From: Eledone cirrhosa
Lineage: Eukaryota
DNA: 64,000 nucleotides
Reading direction: 5' to 3'
Assembly (NCBI GenBank): GCA_964016885.1
Contig: OZ024740.1
Coordinates: 348,998,001-349,062,000 of the forward strand
Shown: positions 55,761 through 64,000 of the stretch, piece by piece
How the letters are laid out: every line of letters starts with the position of its first letter
Numbering within the stretch: position 1 is the stretch's first letter
Notes under the pieces: model-generated
Seen by the model: the letters and a program-made list of their open reading frames with translations, nothing else
Databases searched by the model: none
Told to the model about the DNA's origin: nothing
Program-made: the position numbers and the translations under genes

Positions 55761-56138
55761 TAAAGATGAAAATGCGAAGTTGAAGATGTTAGAGTCCTTT
55801 ATTAATTGAGCCGTTATAAATATTTCAATATTTCTTGTGGACTATTTGGGAAAGCATTTTAACAATGTAAAGTTTCTATTATTATGTATTTGAGTTATGT
55901 GACACCCATTTCAAGTTTATTCTAGTGCATTCCTCATTGATAAGAAACAAGTACTATCACGATTAAGAGCTTCTTATAAATTTACAGTTCACTATCGATA
56001 CTTGCGTAATAACTAATGTAAATATGCTATATACATACATAAGATGCTATATACATACATACAACTTCCAGTCGTCCGATGTATTCGTGTCTATAACAGC
56101 TAGAAACAGAATCTCACAGAATATACTGAGTTGCATAT

Positions 56139-56230
<92 letters not shown>

Positions 56231-56372
56231 ACATATATATATATATATATATATATTAAAATTACAATTATTTTATTTCTCGCCCTAGCACAGCTGATAC
56301 ATAAATGTAAGTATGCACACGTACACACACACACACAAATACACACACACACACACATACACACACATACAC

Positions 56373-56422
<50 letters not shown>

Positions 56423-56452
56423 AAATCAAAAGATGGTTAAAAGAGTTCCATG

Positions 56453-56523
56453 TATTTTATTATGCGCATTTCAAAAACAAATATCATCATGGGATGATAT
56501 TTGCGTTCTCATCAGATAAAATA
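56453..56523 (-). ncRNA. Type I hammerhead ribozyme (left arm)
   Basis: Minus strand TATTTTAT-CTGATGA, stem II, GAAA-T-GCGC-A-TA, then ATAAAATA. Confidence 0.85.
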
Positions 56524-56586
56524 AGGAGACATGATATGAAGCTTCACTGCTCACAACTGTTTTTTAAGCTTCATATCATGTCTCCC

Positions 56587-56657
56587 TATTTTATCTGATG
56601 AGGACGCAAATATCATCCCATGATGATATTTGTTTTTGAAATGCGCATAATAAAATA
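56587..56657 (+). ncRNA. Type I hammerhead ribozyme (right arm)
   Basis: TATTTTAT-CTGATGA-GGACGCAAATATCATC-CCAT-GATGATATTTGTTTTT-GAAA-T-GCGC-A-TA-ATAAAATA. Confidence 0.85.
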
Positions 56658-56793
56658 CAGGGAACTCTTTTAACCATCTTTTGATTTTATATTATTTATA
56701 CTCCAGTTCTATAAACTGTTGAGTGCTACTTATCCGATATTTGCATTGCTTTATTGTGCTACAATAAAACTCTCCTCCTACATTATATATATA

Positions 56794-56911
<118 letters not shown>

Positions 56912-56939
56912 TATATATATACATATACATATGGGTTAT

Positions 56940-58170
<1,231 letters not shown>

Positions 58171-60420
58171 AGCGGCTTATTAGGCTGCATTATACTAAGA
58201 GGGTCGGACGCCATGCTTTGACGCATAGAGTTACGGCCCTTGCCATTCTGAGTTCAAATCCCGCCGAGGTTAACTCTACCTTTAATCCTTACGGCGTCGA
58301 TAAAATAAAGTACCAGTAATGAACTGGGTAGTTGCTGGCCTTGTGCCAAAAGGAGAAACAATTATACTAATGCAGCATCATCATGTGGGCGTTAAGGGCC
58401 CTTCTGCTGACATTTAGCCATTCGGATATTGGAGACTTGAGTTTCTTAACCGCAAGGATATTTTGTTGACATGATCTAGCTGAAAATCCTCTCTGGTGAT
58501 TCTGCTTTCAAACATATATATATATAAATGCTTTCTTGAGTTTGGGAAAAATTACGCATTTAGTCATGTTAGCGGCGCGATGTCAGCAGTATCGCCGACT
58601 ACACACTACGAAATACTCAGAGTTACTTCATTTAGCGTCCATTAAAATAGAAACACGATGCCTCACAAACGATATGGAGGACGCTTTTGTTTCTCCTCGA
58701 CCAAATCCAACAGGAACTCCTATCGGCTGCCTCTGATATTGCCTTTAGGTCTTTGGACCTCCTCTTCCCAGAGACTGAACATTATTTCATGAGATTGTAG
58801 GCAGATTTGCCCACAAAGTCGCCGGTTCCAATCTCTGTGGCGAGAAGTTTGACTCGGAACTCGGCTTCCCTCAGGCTGTTGGACACACTGGCATAATTTC
58901 CGGTCTTTAATTCGCGTACGTTTAATCTACTTTCATATGGCATGATTAGTTCAGTCAAAATCAGATGTTATAATGAATTGGAATGGAATACGATATCCAG
59001 CATCAAACTAACATTTCGGATGATTTCTGGTTGTTTCGCTGATCCTCAGAGGTCTCCTGTACACTTCCAGTCTTTCGATATATTCGTGTCTATAACATAG
59101 CGAGAAACATAATATCACAGAATATACTGAGTTGCATAATATTGCTTGGAGAAATATTATTATGAAATGAAATCATTAGATGTGAAACGTAGTTACTGAC
59201 ATTATAAAACCAACACTATAAAAATATATACGGTTGCTATTATATATGCTACCTTTACATAAATACTAAGACAACATAAAATGTTAATCATAGGATAAAA
59301 TAAAACACGAAGTATCAAGTTCAGAGATTTAACAAAATAAAAGTTGAAGAATTGAATACAAAAGCAATGTTCCTGTCGTATATGTTTTTTATTAAAATAG
59401 AAACAAAAGAATATTATAATGATTTGTTTTAAGTGAAAAAGTATAAATGTAAATACAAAAAATATTTTTCCATATATTATATACATATGAGAGATTTTGC
59501 CTGCCTATGCACCTGTCTATGCCACAGACTCTCAGATCGGAATTAATACTTAATTGATCAATCTAGAGATTTGAACCCGGAATATAACAGTACGTAACTC
59601 AATACGATAAAATATTTTATTTATTGTTACACTAATTCTGAAATTTCCAACACCTATTTGTAGTATATAACAATAATAGAGGTAGAAGTGTTAAACTTCA
59701 GCAGGTAGATTTGAAATCTGTTAAATCACGAATATATTTACGAAGTCACAAGAACTAAGATGAGTAAATATTAATTGAATATCCCTCATTTAATCGCTAT
59801 TATATATAGGTCGTTCATATTGGTCTAAATTGATGTATATATATATATATGTATAAATGCATCTATATACATGAAACTAACCAGTTTATTAAAAACTAAA
59901 AGTATTCTATGTCGAATGAATAGAAGTAAAGATCCACACACACGTAGCCAGATCAGCGCCTATGGTGGTGAGTAGGAAGGTAGGCCTAGGGCCAAGGACA
60001 CCAGAGGTCTACACTTCTAGGGGCTCGACTGCAAACCTGTCGGAAAATGACCGATACGTAGAGAGTTTACGCTACTAAGCCCCTATTGCATAATACCCTG
60101 GGTTAGTTGCAGACTGCAGCAGGTTGCCTGTAAAGTCGTATATGTGGGACCTAAATTTTGGCAATAAATTTTGGGAATAAATGTTGGTACAACATATCAA
60201 AATCAAGTATTAAATTTGAGACTCTAAATTTCTGTTAATATGATATCATCGCTTCAATATCACATACAAATATATTTATGAACTATATATGTATGTCATG
60301 TTAAAGAATGTCAAAATATATACAACTATTATAATAACCACATGGTGGTCAACAAACTTTCATAATATTATGAATACATTTAGCGTTACAACGCAGTTTA
60401 AAATTTGGTAGTTGATTGTT

Positions 60421-60948
60421 TTACGACACATAATCGTTTCCATTTCCCTCAGTTGTCACATCAACTTTCCGTGCACAAACACAGGCTGTTGCCACATCTA
60501 TTACACTTGGACTATAGACATACAGACCATCAACACATTTATCTGTACGTTTGAGGACTGTCATTTTAGTATACACTGCCACACATTGGTGATTGTTGTC
60601 AGAATCTAGACAGTCTGTACAACGACACACTACTTCTGTACGTGATGGAGGGAAGACTGTTGAATTATGGGTAATCTTCAGGTACCAAGGGCAAGTTGAA
60701 CGTTCACTGATGATATCAGAGGAAACAGCAGATGTTGGACAAGTTTTATCTCCCTCTGTGAGTATAGGATGATTACTTTCTGCTGGAGCCATTTCAGCCG
60801 GTAGAAAGAAATTGTTGCCAATGGCTGCACTGGACAGGCTCTCGTAGCGGACTTTCAAATCAGTGGGTATTTCACATTGGGTGTGGATTGGTAACGAAGA
60901 CATGGTGAAGATGTAATTGAACATCACAATTACAATCTGGAGAAGAAC
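60421..60948 (-). CDS. IL17: IL-17-like cytokine, exon 2 (copy F)
   Basis: Intact ORF; acceptor at 60949-60950; same motifs as the other copies. Confidence 0.92.
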   Translation of the reverse strand, partial: VLLQIVIVMFNYIFTMSSLPIHTQCEIPTDLKVRYESLSSAAIGNNFFLPAEMAPAESNHPILTEGDKTCPTSAVSSDIISERSTCPWYLKITHNSTVFPPSRTEVVCRCTDCLDSDNNHQCVAVYTKMTVLKRTDKCVDGLYVYSPSVIDVATACVCARKVDVTTEGNGNDYVS

Positions 60949-62186
60949 CTACAAGAAAGAAGAATATATTTTAGACAAATGGGGTAGCTTACATTTAACA
61001 TGACTGTAATTCATCGTGATAAAAACAATGTAAGATTAATAAAGTTATCTAGAAATAGATATGAAGCTAATAGAAACTATGTGAAGGGTTTATTGTATAT
61101 ATTAAATGAGCGGTTAAAAGCAGTCATATTATTTACAATATACTTTTTTGCTAAGATGTAAAAGAATACACTAGCCGGTGTATTTATTTCAGGCGAGATA
61201 GAAAGAAAGTAAGAGAAAAGGAAGGGAAGTATAATACAATTGGAGGTGTTAGAGGCGACATATAGAAGCGGAAGTTCGCAAGTAAACAATTCAGTTCTAC
61301 TTGTTGACGTATCGTGTGTAGTGACTAAAATTTAGCGACATTCAGAGATATTATAACTGTATTAATATTGGAGTTTTGAAATTAATGTCATATTTCTGTC
61401 TATCATTCTAGGTTTCCTGATGTAAAGTAAGCTAAAATGTTTTATTGTGTAAATTATTTGAATAGACATGTATAAAACATGCAGGATACTTTCCCTCCAT
61501 TTCACAATTCTATTAAATTATGAGTAGCGATCATTCTGTCTACAATTTGACTGGATATGATTATGTTATGTTATTTGTGAAACTATCGCACCATACGTAT
61601 AAAATAAAAGTAAATATAAAAATATATATTGCATATGTTTCTTCCTACCATAATTTGAAAAGAATACAACATAAAATACACACATAAAATTTAATATAAT
61701 ATCTACAAACATAAATGCAACAACACAGTGTGTTGAAATAAATTTGTGTTGATTTTTCTATATATATCGAAAAACAAAAACAGTTAAATCATGTACTAAG
61801 TATATAAGTAGAGAAGAAGCATATTAATTTTATAGAAAGATCACTTCAATGGGGCTAGAACTGCTTCATTCATATGAAATCATCAGGAATGTCCTGATCT
61901 TTTCATACGAATGCAACAGTTCGAAACCTATAGGAGTATTTTTTATAAACATATTATATATATACATATTCTAAGGACATGATTTATGATATATTGCTCT
62001 GATTATTTAATTTATTAATTCTTCATAGAGCTACAACGTGACCGGTTGCAACATATATATCTATGACTTTATGTTTATGTATATGTAAACCTTTATATTT
62101 AATAATCTCCCGTCACGATTCTTATCCATTTTTTAATCTATTTTTGGCGCGATCACTTTGGAAAACTAAATGTCTAATTTTGAGTT

Positions 62187-62267
62187 TGTCTCCTGATGAA
62201 TCAGATACTCCAGACATATTCTATTAATTGGATGTCTAAAAATACGGATGAAACCATGGTAGAGATA
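62187..62267 (+). ncRNA. Type I hammerhead ribozyme, intronic and antisense to copy F
   Basis: TGTCTC-CTGATGA-ATC..AGACAT/ATGTCT..GAT-GAAA-C-CATG-G-TA-GAGATA. Confidence 0.75.
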
Positions 62268-62557
62268 TAATTACGGTATGTACACATTTCTTCTAAGTTT
62301 GAATTTGCACCTAATTGTGTATGGTTGGTGGTATATTTAGTCAGTTTCTACACGCTGTCGAAATGTTGGATAAATACTCTTTCGGTTATTTGTCGGAAAT
62401 TTCTTCATAAGAGCCTTTATTCTTATAGCTTGGTCTAATTGATTTTTTATATGGTTAATTATGCTAATTGGGAGAGGAAATGGTATATATTTTATCTAAT
62501 AATTCTAAGGACATGATTTATGTTATATATATATGTATGTATATATATGTATTTATG

Positions 62558-62613
<56 letters not shown>

Positions 62614-62659
62614 TATATATATATATATATATGTATGTATGTGTATATATATATATATA

Positions 62660-62710
<51 letters not shown>

Positions 62711-63144
62711 CAGTGTGTGCATGTTTGTGATTTTTTGCATCTATATAAATATATATATATGTGTGTGCATATATATATATATATATATATAATAAAAATA
62801 TATGTGAAGACTAAAATCTGAGGATTATATATATAAATATATATGTATATAAACCCGTAGAGTAAATATTTATTATAAGCACAGATTAAAGTTTAAGCAA
62901 AGAATAACTGCTTTCACCCTAAACGTCATCTTCTGACATATATATAAACATTAGTACATACAATAATATATAATTGCTTCTACTTTTAGCACCAGGCCAG
63001 CAACTATTCCAGTGCATTACTGGTGTTTTATTTTATCAACCCCGTAAGGATGACAAAGAAACTTAGTGGGATTTGAACCCAGATCATAAAGGGCCGTAAC
63101 ACTATGCTGCAAAGCATGACGTAATATAAATTAAATGTACTTAC

Positions 63145-63159
63145 TTTAGTTATCATCAT
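63145..63159 (-). CDS. IL17: IL-17 copy F exon 1 coding part (MMITK)
   Basis: ATGATGATAACTAAA|GTAAGT; intron 60949-63144, phase 0. Confidence 0.82.
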
Positions 63160-63279
63160 TATACGAGTTGGTAAATTCGAATTGGATAAATAGGATCGCT
63201 GAAATTTTACAAATAATATCTGAATGCTTCAACTTCTCAGGTGATGTACGTTCTCATCAATGATATCTGCTGTCAAGTG

Positions 63280-63345
63280 TTCTTTTCTTATATGTTGTTT
63301 TAATTCCGGAAGGGAAATTTTGATATGACGTTACACATAGTGTAA
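63280..63345 (-). promoter_or_regulatory. IL-17 proximal promoter (copy F)
   Basis: CATATAAG TATA-like box, TTCCGGAAGGGAAATTTT and TGACGTTA. Confidence 0.65.
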
Positions 63346-64000
63346 TTTGGATGTTTTAAAAATTGAAATGCGGATATAACTTATAAATATATGCTGTGAG
63401 ACTAAAACCCATATTTTTGACTCACCTACCGGAATTATACGAAGTTTATATGAACTACATAGGAGGAGGTAAATTTCCTAGGGAATACAACTTATTTGAA
63501 TTAATCATTATTTGTTTACATGTAGCTAAAGTCCAGGGAGTGGTAGGTAGTTTCCATTGATACACATGTAGCTGAAAGAATAATAAATTCTCTTCGCTAG
63601 TATTTCTATTTTTAGTACCTTTTTTCTTTAATACGACAATATATATGTTTAGATATCTTAAAAATAAGTCATTGTTAAAGCGAGAATATTTTCATTTAAG
63701 TAATGCTTTAATAGTAAGTGAGAGTATTATTAGCCATGTTCCAACTACTTGAATTAGGATTTTGAAGTAGTGCCGCATAGAATGTTACTGTTGTAATGTG
63801 TATTAACCGCAAATAATTCAAATTTCATTTGCTATTGCACCTTTTGTAAATACTTAATAAGTCTGTTTATAATTGATCATAGCATAGAGAATCGTGTAAA
63901 CAACCACATTTTATGAAAGTAAAAGCAGTAAAAAAAAGAAGATTGAGAGGAGAGAGAGAAGGACAAGACAGGAATTAAAGGGATAAAACGTATAGCAGAT

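Larger units (their letters stand above)
56418..56692. repeat. 275-bp palindrome (127-bp arms, 21-nt spacer) carrying two hammerheads
   Basis: 56418-56544 versus 56566-56692, 3 mismatches. Confidence 0.95.

Noticed and set aside
61843-61893. Active hammerhead in the copy F intron
   Set aside because: GAAA is mutated to GAAG and stem III is broken; kept only as a decayed relative.

Overview
Eukaryotic, AT-rich, microsatellite- and SINE-dense DNA, most consistent with a coleoid cephalopod (Octopus-type tRNA SINEs). The window is part of a tandem IL-17-like cytokine gene cluster. It holds four near-identical intact coding exons (2955-3482 +, 25976-26503 -, 42831-43358 -, 60421-60948 -), two pseudogenes (22135-22661 +, 30936-31366 -) and one truncated relic (about 11100-11220). 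I reconstruct a two-exon structure that the ORF track misses: a 4-5 codon first exon (MMITK, MITT, MMLAN, MMMAN or MKINS) behind a conserved CCGGAA / kB-like / TATA promoter, spliced in phase 0 onto the cystine-knot exon. The spacers contain Penelope-like, Helitron, RTE, CR1, RLE-type LINE and SINE relics. The most striking unannotated signal is a set of at least 8 type I hammerhead ribozyme folds, mostly with palindromic loop III, carried by small insertions in (TA)n tracts. Two lie in sense orientation inside one IL-17 intron, and two form a near-perfect 275-bp back-to-back palindrome. Other notable items: an antisense duplicate of exon 1 inside its own intron, an orphan promoter/exon 1, a gene copy lacking its promoter and exon 1, gene-conversion-like mosaicism, and a conserved CDE-like 3'UTR hairpin. 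All calls are from reading the sequence by eye; TE boundaries are approximate.
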